NCBI GenBank assembly: GCA_002269645.1 | Contig: NIVC01001399.1 | Location: 1 to 64,000, forward strand | Length of the DNA: 64,000 bases | Direction of reading: 5' to 3' | From: Macrostomum lignano | Lineage: Eukaryota | Shown: piece after piece, positions 1 to 28,100 of the stretch | How the letters are laid out: each line of letters opens with the position of its first letter | Numbering within the stretch: the stretch's first letter is position 1 | Program-made: the position numbers and the translations under genes | Notes under the pieces: generated by a model | Told to the model about the DNA's origin: nothing | The model's database searches: none | Seen by the model: the letters and a program-made list of their open reading frames with translations, nothing else

Positions 1-186
1 GATACGGGAAACGAATTCACCCTTAGAAACCTGGTTCACCAAAACTGAAGTTATGATATATCATGTTTCTTTATATAAGCCGTAAAATTGGTTTTAAAAT
101 GTGGATGAAAGCTGCTATGTGGAAAAGATCCCTATCTTAGCTACGTTCGTACTGCCGCCATAGATACACAAATGCATCATCCGTAC

Positions 187-14591
<14,405 letters not shown>

Positions 14592-15927
14592 GCTGAAAAG
14601 AATTAATAGATTATGTTATCATTTTAAATAGTATATGGTTGACAGAATCAGATGATTCTCACTTAATCAAATAAGATTACGACTTTGGTGTTGGGATTTA
14701 TATTGAAAAGATTTTTAATATAATATACAATTTGTACGCTCGTACTTTTTATTATACTATACAACATATGGCTTTCCGAAGAAAGCACATATTGTTGGAC
14801 AAACATTAAACAATAAAGCAGATTTTAACAGCTTTTGTACGTTATATCTTTTAGAAAGTATATGACTACATCTTTAGATAACTATGCTGACACATGAAAT
14901 AATAAGAGAGTCAAAAGAAGCAAATAAAAGGAATTTAATATTCGTGTACGGTATACACTATACTATAATATAATATACTATTATACATGTGTTAAACATG
15001 TTTAGATACTCCCATTTTTAACAGTCTAAAAGATGTAATAATAAGGTACTAAAATTGGAATATACTGCTGATTAATTTTCAAATTCCTGAATGGAAATTC
15101 CATGAAAGTCGAAGAATATACTCGGTGTGTCAAAAATGAAAATGGAATTGTAAGTTATAATTGCTAGGCATACACAACTTAAAGTTATAAAGCCCTCATG
15201 ATTTCAAAACATTCTTAAAAGTGTTAATTTTTCTTTGTTATTCAATTTTGCTACATAACAGTAAAGCTAAATAACAGAGTTCTTTTAAAAACTTTGTTTG
15301 AACAAAATTCTTTCTTATTTAATTTAAACGGACAAATTCAGCCGACTTTAATTTCATAATATTTTGTATTGCACGTATAATTTTTGGTTTTGCGTTTGCA
15401 ATCGCTCAGCCCGCTCCTATTTCGGTTTCATTTATTAAAATTAGACTATGTTTAGAATTAGAGATAGCCCCCCCCCCTCTAGATCTAGAGCCTAGCCTAG
15501 AGGGGCTCAGCCTTGACTGAGTACACTAGTGTTTTGTTAACTAGGCCAGCCAAACCCAAACCTAGGCCTATTCTTACTTATTGCATGAATGGGGTAGCAT
15601 AACATCTATAGCCATAGGCATAAGGTCTATAACTAGGCCTAGTCAAGCTTTTTGTTTTAATAATTAGGCCTATGAAATTCATTAGTAATAGGCAGTTGTT
15701 ATTTGTCCTGTTACCAGATAAATAGCCATTTCACTATTCGTCTGGTTAAATAGATATTACTACTTATACATGTATGTATACATTTTTATGAATATGGTAT
15801 TCCAGGATTTTAACTTTAAAGGCTTTTTCCTATCTTGATTAATGTTGTTATACTACTCTAGAATACATCAGGAGTCTACACAGTCTGACTGATTCCTGTC
15901 TTATCGGCCCCTACTTGTACCCTTCTA

Positions 15928-16495
15928 CCATAGTCCGGATCATGGCAGGGTATATGCCAAACTAAAACTTGATGGATCCACAGTTTGTACGCCAATGTAT
16001 GCCAATTTTTTTCTGCCTTCCCTAACTATATGCCACTTTTGTTTTACAGACTAGGCCTAGTACAAATTTCCTATTTTGAAATCAGTTAATAGTTAACAAA
16101 AAATGGAGCATATCGCAATTTAAATAGTTACACCTATGTTATATATATCCCTGTTATACTGCAAGCAAGTAAAATATATATTATGCCTCTAGCAGCAGGT
16201 TTTATTAGAATATTAAAATGATTCAATAGAACAATAGATAGGAATATATTTTGTTAAACTGAATGTATTTCTAATATAAATTCCATTTTTTAAATTATTG
16301 TGCAAATTCCTAAAAAATACCGATGTTTTATGTACATTACATTGCAAGTTGCAATAGCAACAGCATGTATGCCACTTACACCAATAAGTAGGGCCCATTT
16401 TCTTTTGGTTGTACCCCAATGTATGCCTATAGGGTTAGCAAAGGGTGACTATATGCCAAATTAATTTGGCATATAGGCCATGATCCTGACTATGG
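15928..16495. mobile_element. Non-autonomous DNA transposon (MITE) with 8-bp TSD, hAT/P-like
   Basis: Left TIR CCATAGTCCGGATCATGGC...TATATGCCAAA, right TTTGGCATATAGGCCATGATCCTGACTATGG; perfect flanking CCCTTCTA at 15920-15927 and 16496-16503. Confidence 0.85.
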
Positions 16496-18399
16496 CCCTT
16501 CTAAGCTGAACACCTTTTATGAGGCAAAGTACAGAGAGGAAACATGGCATAAAAATCAGACTAAACAATAAGAAGTTTCAATAATCATGCAATCAATATG
16601 CAAGTGATTTTTTAAGCAAGTTAGGCCCTAGCCTAATTGTATAATATATTAATATTATATACATATAGCCGGTAAGCTATAGGCTTATACTAATATAACA
16701 AAATCAATGTTGGTAGAAATTCAGAATTGAACTGTCCCATTTTATTAGTGGCAGCAAATCACTAACCAAGGGCAGCAGAGCCTAATATTTGAAGGGGGCA
16801 CCCGGCATAGGGCAAAGGGGCATAGGTACCTTATTTATAAGCTGCTAATTAGTACCTAAAATCAGAAAAAGCACTAAAAATTACCATGTGGACTCATTTT
16901 CTAGGGAGGATAGGGGGGGGGGGCATGTGCCCCCAGTGCTGCAAGCTCCTGCTGCTTATGTCACCAAGCAACCAACAAATTTTTTTCTATGTCCTTACCT
17001 CAATATTATCCATTAAAATTGTTCAAAAAAGTGTTGTGTTAAAACAAAGTGTTTATAGTAATTCTGTTTTTAGTTTTACTATTGTATAATAAAATTAGAT
17101 AATAAAGAAAAATATATAATTCTAAAAATGTCTTTAAATTATAATTTTGAATTGTGCATACCTAGCAATTATAACTTACAATTCCATTTTTTTGACACAT
17201 TGAGTATATTTTTTTACTTTTCATGGCATTTTTATTCAAGAAGTTGAAAATTAATTAGCAGTATATTTATAATTTTTAGTACTTATTATTATGTTTAACC
17301 CATGTATAATAGTATATTAATAGTATATTATAATATATTTAGTATCTATAGATTAAATTCTTTTTATTTGCTACTTTTCATTCTTATTATTTAATGTGCT
17401 TATATAGTTATCTAAAGATATTTTTAAATACTTTCTAAAAGATATAACATATAAAAGCTATTAAAATTTGCTTTATGTTTTATTGTCTAACAACATGTGC
17501 TTTCTTCAGTTATTCAATTTCAGTTTCTTTACTAGCACTTCTTATTTGTCTGGCAAATGCAACTGGATAGATAGCAATGTGGTTATTTGTCTAATTAATA
17601 CTAGACTAATAGCCATTTTGGTATTTGTCTAAAGTCTAGTTAAATTAGGCTTACTAATAGGCCTCTACAAGTATTCTACTTCAAAGTATTTGATAAGAGA
17701 ATAATATTCAAGACTTTTTAAATTTTAAGACCGTTTTTCCTATCTTAATTAACATTTTGTACCAATAAATCTAGAAAAACCCAATTGCGAGTCAAGTTGC
17801 AAGTCAAATCTCAATATGTTTTTCTTGAATATTTCATCTGCCGGGTCCTCAATTCTAGGGGGAAGGTAGTCACTGTTGTAGTCAAGCAGTCTTTGTAAGC
17901 ATGGTTATTCAGTTTGGGTCGACAGACACCATACATTTAAGATTTGCTAATTTGCTAAGTTGGTTACATTCAGTAAAATAGCACTACTACCATTGTAGTT
18001 ACTTATTACAAAACATTAAATTCTCAAAACTTGCTTGGAGTTGTGATGAATTGGTTATTTTATGTCTTGCGGGCAAATGACTCAATGTGAAGCTATGGGC
18101 TTCAATTAATTAATGAATATAAATATTGGTTTATTAAGTATTGTTGAATAAATATAGTTTAAATGGTTGTAGTCTATGAATGAGGGCTTTGGCTATGCAG
18201 TGATGCAATATAAAGCTCAACACTTTTATGTGCTTTACACTTTTTTATTATTAATAAAAGCTAAATAAGTCAATATGGATAAATTTCAAGTGTATATATA
18301 GTTAAAACAAACTAGTCAAGCAAGGTATTAAAACAAATGCAATAAAATATTTAAATTAGCAAGGGAGGAGAGAGGCATAAGAATGGTATAGCCTGGACT

Positions 18400-19350
18400 A
18401 GGCTATATAAATAGTAAGCAAAACATTAGAATCAACACATAGGGCAACAGATTAGGCAAGATGGGGCAAGCACAGGGGCAACAGGTGGGACAATAGATAG
18501 GGCTGCCTGCAGAAAACTCAGAACAAACAAAACAAGGCCAACAAAGGCCAAGAAACAGAGGCCAAGGATAGGGCAATGGATGGGACAGGGGAAGGCTACT
18601 AGAAGGGACAAGTGATGGAAAATATGTTATGCAAATGTCTATTAAATAACCAGTGATAGTTTGCCCTACTACAGGCGCAAGGGTGCCATGCAATGGCAAA
18701 CAAAGACAGTATCTTGGCTGTTACTGGCGTCAACTACTGCAGGATGAGCCAGAGACATGTTTGCTGCAGCCAGACAAGTAAGATTTGTGCTCTGCCTTGG
18801 CTATACTGTCCACACTAGGTGGCTCACTCAGGAAGTACATTTGGCCATCTGTAAACTGCAGCCACTCTAGGCGCTTGCTGATGGCACTGTCACAGAAGTG
18901 TCTCAGCAGTGGCGGCCATCTATCCTGAAGGTGATTGGCTTCCCTGCTTCCTTGGCAAGTGTTACAAGTAGCGCCAAAGCAGGTCAGGGTCAATTGCCAC
19001 CCTGGTGGTAGGCCTCCTCTGCACACTGGAGCAGCTCATCCAGGATATTGCGGGTTGACTCCAGGGGCATCTAGCTGCAAAGGGTATACTATTGCATATC
19101 AACCTTACTCAGCCTTGCCTAGCAGACTGATGGAGAGCGTCATCCAGCACTCACTACAGGTGTGCGCAAGCCAGTTTGGTGCCTGATGCCATCGCAGTAT
19201 AGGTGTGCAAGTTCTTGGCTTCTCCTAGCCAAAGCCAGGAAACTTGAGCCATTGGGGCTATTGGGTCAGGCACCAAAGGGCTTGCTGTTCCTTTAACTGT
19301 AGGCTTGTCATTCATGGCAGCAAAAATGTTGTGACCAAACTTGATTTAAA
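18400..19350. pseudogene. Heavily decayed coding-like sequence, probably old transposon ORF(s); family unidentified
   Basis: GC-richer island in AT-rich DNA; long frames interrupted mostly by TAG/TGA at plausible CAG/CGA positions; no diagnostic motif recognised. Confidence 0.3.
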
Positions 19351-22300
19351 ACAATGGGCAAAAATATCCATAGAGCAGAATTGCAAAATTCAATTGCAAT
19401 AAACAAGCAAGAAAATGGGGCCTTGAATACTTTACAAGCTACACATCCAATGGACAAAGCCATCCAACCAATGGTACAGGACTATTATCCCCATACATTC
19501 TATTTAGGCACAAGGAGATGGGATGGGTAAGTGAATCTCAGAGTAATAAAACTTTGGCCACAATAGGGGTCCAGAGCCTCCTATCTCAGGCCAAAGGTGG
19601 TAGTGTCATATCAATTCAAAATTGGGATGCCTAAATGGCTTATGGGTATGCAGTTGAAAAGGCTGAGCCTTGCAAAAATTATTAGAAAATATAATAATAA
19701 TAGTAAAAGGCAAATGCGGCTCCTCCTTACTAGAGTTATAATAATGAACAAATAATAGTGTAGTGACCAAGTTATCAAATGGGGATCTCTAGTAAAAAGG
19801 GCCAGAGAAAAGGCACTAGGAACTAAGCCAAACTAGGGCTTTTACAAAATTTCCCAGGCTTGACCTAATCAGAACAAAGAATAAACATGGGGGTCAGTTT
19901 ACCTTGGATGCTCTCCGCTGAGAACAAGGCCTAGAGCCAGGGTTGCTTGACCTAAGCAAGGTAAAAAAAAATGCTAGACACCTTAGTAAAATGATTCACA
20001 AAAATTGAGAAAAAAACCTTCAGTTTGTGATTAAGACTGAAAGGTTCACCAATTATTCATTGCTTTTTTCCTGAAATTATAATTTGAAGAAATAGAAGAC
20101 TTTCCACACTTTGACAGCATGCTAGGAAAGTTTACAATTGATTAGGGTTTTGCAAAGAAATTAAATTTAATTGAGCAGTGGTTTTTTGTATCATATGCAT
20201 CTAAGGCTAAATATCAAAGCGCAGATGTGTTGGCTTTTGATTTTTGATTGATTGATTGGCATTTGATTTTTTCATTGTTTGAAATTTTATAGAAGCATAC
20301 TAACCCCCCCCCCCTGATAGGCTTTCATATTCAATATTCAAACATAAAGAGCATTAAAAAATTTTTTTGTTTTATATATAAATTCTTTAAATAATTTTGA
20401 GAGTTATAATTGAGCCCATTAGCTACTATCCCTATCTGCAACTACACTACCCTCTGTGTTATAAATAACAAACAAGATCAAAGAAGTTTAAGCATTAATG
20501 AAAAAAGACTTTGTTCATACACATTGCATTTTAGGCCAGCTTTAACCCCTTTTCTTTTATTAATCATCTATTAGACTGGTTGGTAAACAATATTAAAATT
20601 AAATAAACACCACAAACTGCAAGCCTGTTGTGCAAAGGGTCATAAAATTGCTCAACTTTATTTTGAATATATATTCTACATTGTACATTGGCCAAAAAAG
20701 GCCTAAATAGTTCAATTTAACAATTGAATTTAGAAATAGCACCTATTAGAAATGTTGAAAAAACATTGTTTTTTGATATTTTACCCATTTCCAAAACTCT
20801 ATGTTAGAAAAATAAATTATGTATCATCCCTAACTAAAAATAATTTTTAAGCTAATTTAAAAAAGATTAGCTAAATGGTTCTCAAAAAATCAATAACAGA
20901 TAGATAGACAAACAGCGCAAAATTAGTATATAGATTTGTATAGTTTTAGCAAAATAAAAATATATAGAATTACATGATTACAAAGAAAATGATAAATGTT
21001 TTAGTGGTTGTGGAAAGTTCTAGGGTCTTATCTGATTTAAGGATATCACTAAATTTGTTATAGGGGACTTGAAAATTTCTTGGAACTAGGAAAATATCAT
21101 TATAAGGAGTATACTTCAACAATACTCCTAGTATTAGTGTCCAAGTAGCAAGCAGTATCTAATTAAGATAAATTCCATTTAGGGAAGAGGGGGAAAAGGC
21201 TACACAATAGAACAGAGTTGCCTAGGAAATGGAATACACTTATCCTGAGGGAATTCTGATTTCTAATAAGGAATTTTTGGTAAAGAATGTAGAATACCTA
21301 ATAGGGAATTGGATAAAAAGGCAGGAAGCCTAATAACTAAGGAGGATTTTAAGGGTTAGGGATAGGCAAAACATATGGGAGACAGAATGTCTAGAGTGGG
21401 GTAGGAAGGCAGTATACCTAAAGGAGGTAGAAAGTCTAGAAAGGGGGTAGGGAGACAATATGCCTATCAAATATTTTTAAAGTAGAAAAGGGAGAGGCAT
21501 AGGCAAAGCACCTGGAGAAATGCTTTATACCTGACAGGACATAATAAAAAACTTTTTAATAAAAATAGACAATACTGTAATAATAAGGTGAATAATATTT
21601 GATTAATAATTGTTTATAAGAATGATTGTATTTTTTTAAGTTCTTTTTGCAAACTAAGGTTTGTGTTATATATGAATAAAAAGGCATTCTTTAATAAGAC
21701 AAATAATCTGCACAATAATAAGTATTATAAACTACCAAAACATATACTAAAAATATTACTACCTTATATGCTACTAAAATATTTTGTTTAAAAGCATTGC
21801 CTTATCTATCATTCTTTAAATGAAATTTTAAAACTCATTTACAGATGAAAATTTTAATAAAAAAGCAAGGCAAGCTATCTACATATAAAGTTTAATATAG
21901 TCCTTATAGTTCTCTTGGATTCAATCAGAATAGGACCAGCTGCATTCCTGACCTATCCACAAGGCTTTTGTCTTAGTGTTCTCTTGGTTTAAGCAGCAAA
22001 CATCCCAACAGAGGTCATGTACCACATGTGTGATATTGCATTGCCATGCAGCGATGGCTTAATCAGGCCACATCCTTTGTAGCTTATGCAGCATTGGCCA
22101 AATCTCTAAGCAATAATGAATTGGCAATGGTATAATATCTAGCCAATATTGTCCTACTTAAACAAAGTTAATTTTAATGATATTTATATGGCACAAGTAT
22201 CCTGCATAGAGCTTCTTAGGCAGTTCATTGATTATCTTGCAAGTCTCTGTCAATCTCTTGCAGTTGTATCTTTATCAGAGGCTCTGGAGTGATCTCAACC

Positions 22301-23988
22301 TCTATTGTTGGCTTATTAAACTCCAAAGGTTGCAAATTTAGTGTCTAATTGGCCAAATATCTCATCCTTGGCAGATGTTTAGGCAGGAAATTATAATTAG
22401 GTAGCAATATCATGAATTGCTGTTTTATAATTATATGTGCAGGTGACCTTGATATCAACTGCCTACTTAGCCTAGGATCTTATAGTAGCAAATGAGACTT
22501 TCTGGCCTATAAACCAAGATAGTTTAAAAGTTGAAGGCTAGGCACCTGTTGTATTGATAACATTATTGCTAGTTGGGCTCCTAGTGACTACCATTGAGCA
22601 ATCTTAAGGCTGTTATTTATAAATGCTTCAGTCTATCATTTTAATAATTGCTTTTGCTCCTGGAATGTTATATTCACTGGGTGAACAATTATTGAGGCTA
22701 ATTTAGCCCTGAATCCAAGGGGGTAAGGCTGGGTTTTTTATACTTGAAAGCAGACAACTTGCCTTCTTTGGTTTCCTTGTGATCAAATTTGTCATTGTTG
22801 TTATCATTAAGCACTAATTCATCTTGCAAATGATTTATTTCCTCTTTTTTAAGATCTATAGCACTAATTAAAATGATTAAAAAGGAAGTAAATATCAAAA
22901 CAATAGTATTAGGAGTTTCTTAGTCAGAACAACTAATTCAAGCAAGATTTGATTGTTTAAACTTTGCTTGTTTAACTAAGAGATAAAAGTCTTCCTAGAA
23001 AAAAGAGGAAACTTTTGTGTATTGCTGAGTTTATGTGCATAAAGTACAATACATTTGATGACTAATGATAGGTTTAGTAAAAACTTAATAGGAACTTGAA
23101 TATGCATATACAGTAATACTTTATTGCCTATATTCTAACATACTTAGTACTCTACTATATATAACAATTAACAATAATATGCATACATGCATATGTACAT
23201 GTCTATTTAATAAATATAATATATGTATATTTAAAACAAATTAGCTCATTTAATCAATGAGCTAATCAATCAAGCTATCAATCAAGCTATCAATTTAATC
23301 AAAGGTAGGTATACTCATACTATACTTTTTAATGCTATATGAAACAAGTAGCAAATAACAATGACATGTGTGAGTTATAAGTGAAAAAGTACAAGCAATA
23401 TAATATGCTTAAATATACTATGTACAGAGTAAAGATGCAAAAAGAAACATACATATCCTATAATGCTATACATGTACATGAGCCAAGTAGGTATAGCAAA
23501 TGTAAATTTTCTTGGCAAGCAAAATTAATCATAAAATCATGTAAGACTTATTTGCCTATTATAATGGGCAGAAGCAAATTTATAAACATAACAGTTAAGA
23601 TCAATTCCTAAAGCTCTTTTGTTTTCAATAGACAAAAGAAGCAAATGTGAAAATCAAGAAGATGACATTTTACTTCTCAAGTATGTCTTGATTAAATGCA
23701 TTTTAAAAAACTGCACTCCATTTATGTTGTAGTTACTGGAATTGTCAAGCATACTTGTTTATTATTGTCAACCATACATGCGCAACAGTCGGCCGAGTCG
23801 GCCGATCCGGCCGACCGATTTGGCGGCCAACCAAGTAAGTCGCAAAATTGATTAACCGCCAAAAAAAACGAAAAAACAAAAGACGAAAAAGGGGAAAGGA
23901 AAAGGAAAAAACGAGAAAAAGGGAGCAAAGAGAAAGAGAAAAACACAAAAAGAGTTGTAAGTGCTGTAAGTTGCAGCACTGAAGACAA

Positions 23989-24785
23989 GGTAAGTCGCAC
24001 CGAGGGCGAGCTAAGTCGCACCGAGGGCGAGCTAAGTCGCACCGAGGGCAAGCTAAGTCGCAGCAGGACCGAGCTAAGTCGCATCGAGGGCGAGCTAAGT
24101 CGCACCGAGGGCAAAATAAGTCGCACCGAGCGAGAGCTAAGTCGCAGCAGGACCGAGCTAAGTCGCACCGAGGGCGAGCTAAGTTGCAGCAGGACCGAGC
24201 TAAGTCGCACCGAGGGCGAACTAAGTCGCACCGAGCGAGAGCTAAGTCGCACTGAGGGCGAGCTATGTCGCAGCAGGACCGAGCTAAGTCGCACTAAGGG
24301 CGAGCTAAGTCGCACCGAGGGCAAAATAAGTCGCACCGAGCGAGAGCTAAGTCGCAGTAAGTCGCAGCAGGACCGAGCTAAGTCGCACCGAGGGCGAGCT
24401 AAGTCGCAGCAGGACCGAGCTAAGTCGCACCGAGGGCGAACTAAGTCGCACCGAGCGAGAGCTAAGTCGCACTAAGTCGCAGCAGGACCGAGCTAAGTCG
24501 CACCGAGGGCGAGCTAAGTCGCACCGAGCGAGAGCTAAGTCGCACCGAGGGCGAGCTAAGTCGCAGCAGGACCGAGCTAAGTCGCATCGAGGGCGAACTA
24601 AGTCGCACCGAGCGAGAGCTAAGTCGCACTAAGTTGCAGCAGGACCGAGCTAAGTCGCACCGAGGGCAAAATAAGTCGCACCGAGCGAGAGCTAAGTCGC
24701 ACTGAGGGCGAGCTAAGTCGCAGCAGGACCGAGTAAGTCGCAGCAGGGCCGAGGTAAGTCGCAGCAGGACTGAGTTAAGTCGCAG
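23989..24785. repeat. Subterminal about 21-bp tandem array of the hAT element (GAGCTAAGTCGCACCGAGGGC)n
   Basis: Tandem units visible; core TAAGTCGCA also recurs near both TIRs (about 23836, 29931, 29955). Confidence 0.9.
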
Positions 24786-25134
24786 AGCATCTTTAGGATT
24801 ATTAGGATAGGATTAGTTTAGGATGAATTTAATGTATCACTTACTAGGGTGTAGGCTACGTGTGCATTAACGCATCAATTTGAAAAATTAAGAATTACGA
24901 AGCCAGAAATGGCTAAGGAATAGAAATAGGGATAGAATAACTTATAAGCAGTAATTTTTCAGCCCTATTACAATTGCAAATCATACTTTTAATAATATTT
25001 AATTAGCAAATTAAAACTGCAAGATTCTAACGGTCTTATATATGAACTTAGAAGAACTGTAGTCTTAATGATTATGCATGTACCATTGTAATAATTGATT
25101 AAAATTGTAGCAGATTAAAACTGATAAAAAACTT

Positions 25135-28100
25135 TCAAAATAGTCCACTTAGCAAATCAGAATCAGAATCTTTAATTTCCTCGTCTACGTTGGATTCTTT
25201 TTGCCGTTGACCTCCAGGAGCATCAGAACGCCAGTGTTTTTTCAGCCAATCATTGACATAAATATCCGGCTTAAATTTCATCAGCGGAGGCCCATTTATT
25301 CGAATCCGTAGTAGATGCTCCAATGTTTTTGGTGCCAAGCGTGTTCTCCTGTCATAGGCAATGTGCTTATAGATAGAAAACCCTCTTTCAGCCTCAGCTG
25401 ATGATATTGGCAAAGTTAACACAACCATAATTAGATTCTTTATTCTGGGCAGCCATTCAACAGTTCTTGTCTCTAGAAAGTGATAGAAAGTGACTCCAAA
25501 ATTTCACCGGACCTTTGCCTTTGTAGGCACAGAAGTCAACACTATGCGAAGTGATCAAACTTTTTAGGAGTAGACCGAACTGACCAGAGATTGTCCTTTC
25601 TGTAGCGCGTTCTGAAGCATCTGCATCTCTAGAGTCTGAATCAGAAAGATGGTCCTCTGTTTCAGATTCAGAGCTGTCATCTTCCATTCCAAACCGTCTA
25701 GCAAGAGGTATGATTCTCGAACTGTATGTAAAGACAGTATGTAATGTTTCAGCATTAGGCAATAACACTGGGTTGAGCACATTAAATATTGAGTAGTCAT
25801 CCTCAGGAAAATAATTACGCAGCTGATCAATTATGCTATCAATGATTCGACTGCGAATCTCATCCAGTGCTGGATAAGCTCCCATGTCAACAACACTGCC
25901 ACGTCCACTAGCATCAAATAATCTATTTCTTAGAGATCTGTCTGCAGCAGAACCTGGTTGCTTCAACTCAAACCTCTCTGTTGGATCGCTGCTTCCAGGG
26001 CCGGAAGGACAAGCAAAGTTAGAATAAGATAGGTCTCTTGTGTGACATCCTGAATGGTATTCCAGCTGCGGATATCCATCTGCAGTTCCCAAAACTCGAC
26101 GACACTTGCAGGAAGCCAAAAAGTCCACAATGCGAGGACCATTGTTCGTTTTTAAGGTTTCTAGTGAATGGATAAGGTTAGTGTGGCGTTCTTGCAAGCC
26201 AATAAATGTACCCTTGGCTCTTTGAAACTGCAAGGACTCAAATTCCAGTAATTTTAGAATGTCCATGAGAAATAGATGTAATGAATAATACCGGACATTT
26301 TGCAATGTTTTCAATAATCCAGAGGCAGTTGCTTTACTTTCGTCATCAAAGCCTGAGGAAGGTGATTTGATATTTTCTAAATTTGTCAGAAGCAAGTAGT
26401 ACGACTTTCGAATCACATCAAGAGCAGACACTTCCGATGCAACCCACCTGATGCGATATATTCTTTTTAATTCATAGAAAACCAAGTTGAGTGCTTCCGA
26501 AGTTTGTGCCAAAGATGCCTTACGTTTAACAGTGTGGCTCATATAAAATTTGTGTAGAGAATTTATATTCTTATCGAGATGTTGCATAAATGGGAAGATT
26601 GCAAAGGCATGATAGATTGAAAGTTCTAACTTATGCGCTGCACAATGGTGCTGAAAAAATTGTTTGCTAGCCCAAGGCCTCAGTTGACTTATTAATCCCA
26701 CTCGACTTCCTGTCATTACGGATGCACCATCAGTTGTCACCCCCATAGCCTTCGTTTGATTTCATCTTCTAGCTTGTCATCCGAAAATAAACGGATGAGA
26801 AGTTCATAAATGCTTCGTCCAGTCTCTACTTCAGTCAGACGTTTAAACCGATAAAAAAACATCAAAGGTTGGCTGTTTTCAAGAACTCTGAAGTATATCA
26901 TGACGTAGCTGTTTGAATGAATATCAGACGTTGTATCTAGTACAATAGAAATCGGAAGATTGTCAGCACTTTTAATGTAATTCACAAATGTCCGATGCAT
27001 TGTATTACTGATTGATTCCACCATTGCTGCGGCACTTTTGCGATGCTTATGATGGCTCCCCATATCCAACCCATTTTTTACTTGTAAATCAATCATATTT
27101 GGATGAGCACTGAATGGAATATTAGATTTGACTTCGGCATAAACTGTTGTCAAAACTCGGGCTGTTATTTCATCTCGTTTAGTTTTAGCTAGTCTAGCGG
27201 CCTCATTCATCTGTTTGAGTTGCTTTGCAAGAACTGAAGTATGTTTTTCCTTCATCCACTTTATGGCGTCACTGTAAAGTGTATTTGATGAATGTTCCTG
27301 TAGTTTTCTTCGTACGCTATCTTTTGCATGACCTTTGGGAATGTAGCCTTGTTCTGTTGCAAAAGTTAACTTACGTTGGCTCTCTAGATTTGTCTCCTTT
27401 TTCTTATGTGCATTCAAAAATTTTCTGCAGATCCGACATTGTATTCCAGATCTTGATAGATCTTCGGTGTTTTGAACATATTGAAACCATGTCTTCATTT
27501 CTTGTGACACAAATTTTCTTGAAAATGATCTGCAATGGTCAAATTAGAGAATATTTTGGGATTTGGACTATTTGTGAGTATCTAAAAGCAATATGCTAAT
27601 AAGTGCAATACACAGTACACTATACATTAATTTATAGTTCGTCAGTTTCCATTTACTTACTGTGACTGGTGCATCTCCAAAGAATGTAACCACTCCTCTC
27701 AAAAACCAGATGTATCCTCCCAGTCCTTTTTAGGGAAAACTTCAATATTTTCGCCCATCATAGAGGAAGACGAGGGCTTTGATGCTGAAGTGGCTAGACA
27801 TGCGTCTGCAGATGTGCTTATGCATGGTATTTTTCTTTGCGATGGCCCTGCTTCTGCAGTATTTACTTGTACTATTTCAACATCACCTGAACCCCTTGAG
27901 TCGCTCGAATCTAAATCAACAATAGGACTTTGGCAAAGTGATCGTTTCGTTGATTGTCTTTGAATATTTACTTGCCTAATAATTTCCACTTGTAGTTTGC
28001 TTGTTTGCTGGTCATTCTCCAACAACTCTCTTCTTTCCTGTACATTTGCAGCAGAGCAAAAATTAGAAGTTTCTGCAGCAGCAGTTTGAACAGCATGATC

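Noticed and set aside
22698-22898. Short ORF (KKEEINHLQDELVLND...)
   Set aside because: Lies in CpG-depleted decayed repeat DNA, with no recognisable domain or splice support.
27699-27701. Programmed readthrough or selenocysteine at the hAT TGA
   Set aside because: The same copy has two further frameshifts and no SECIS was seen, so simple decay is more parsimonious. A two-product design is still testable in sibling copies.
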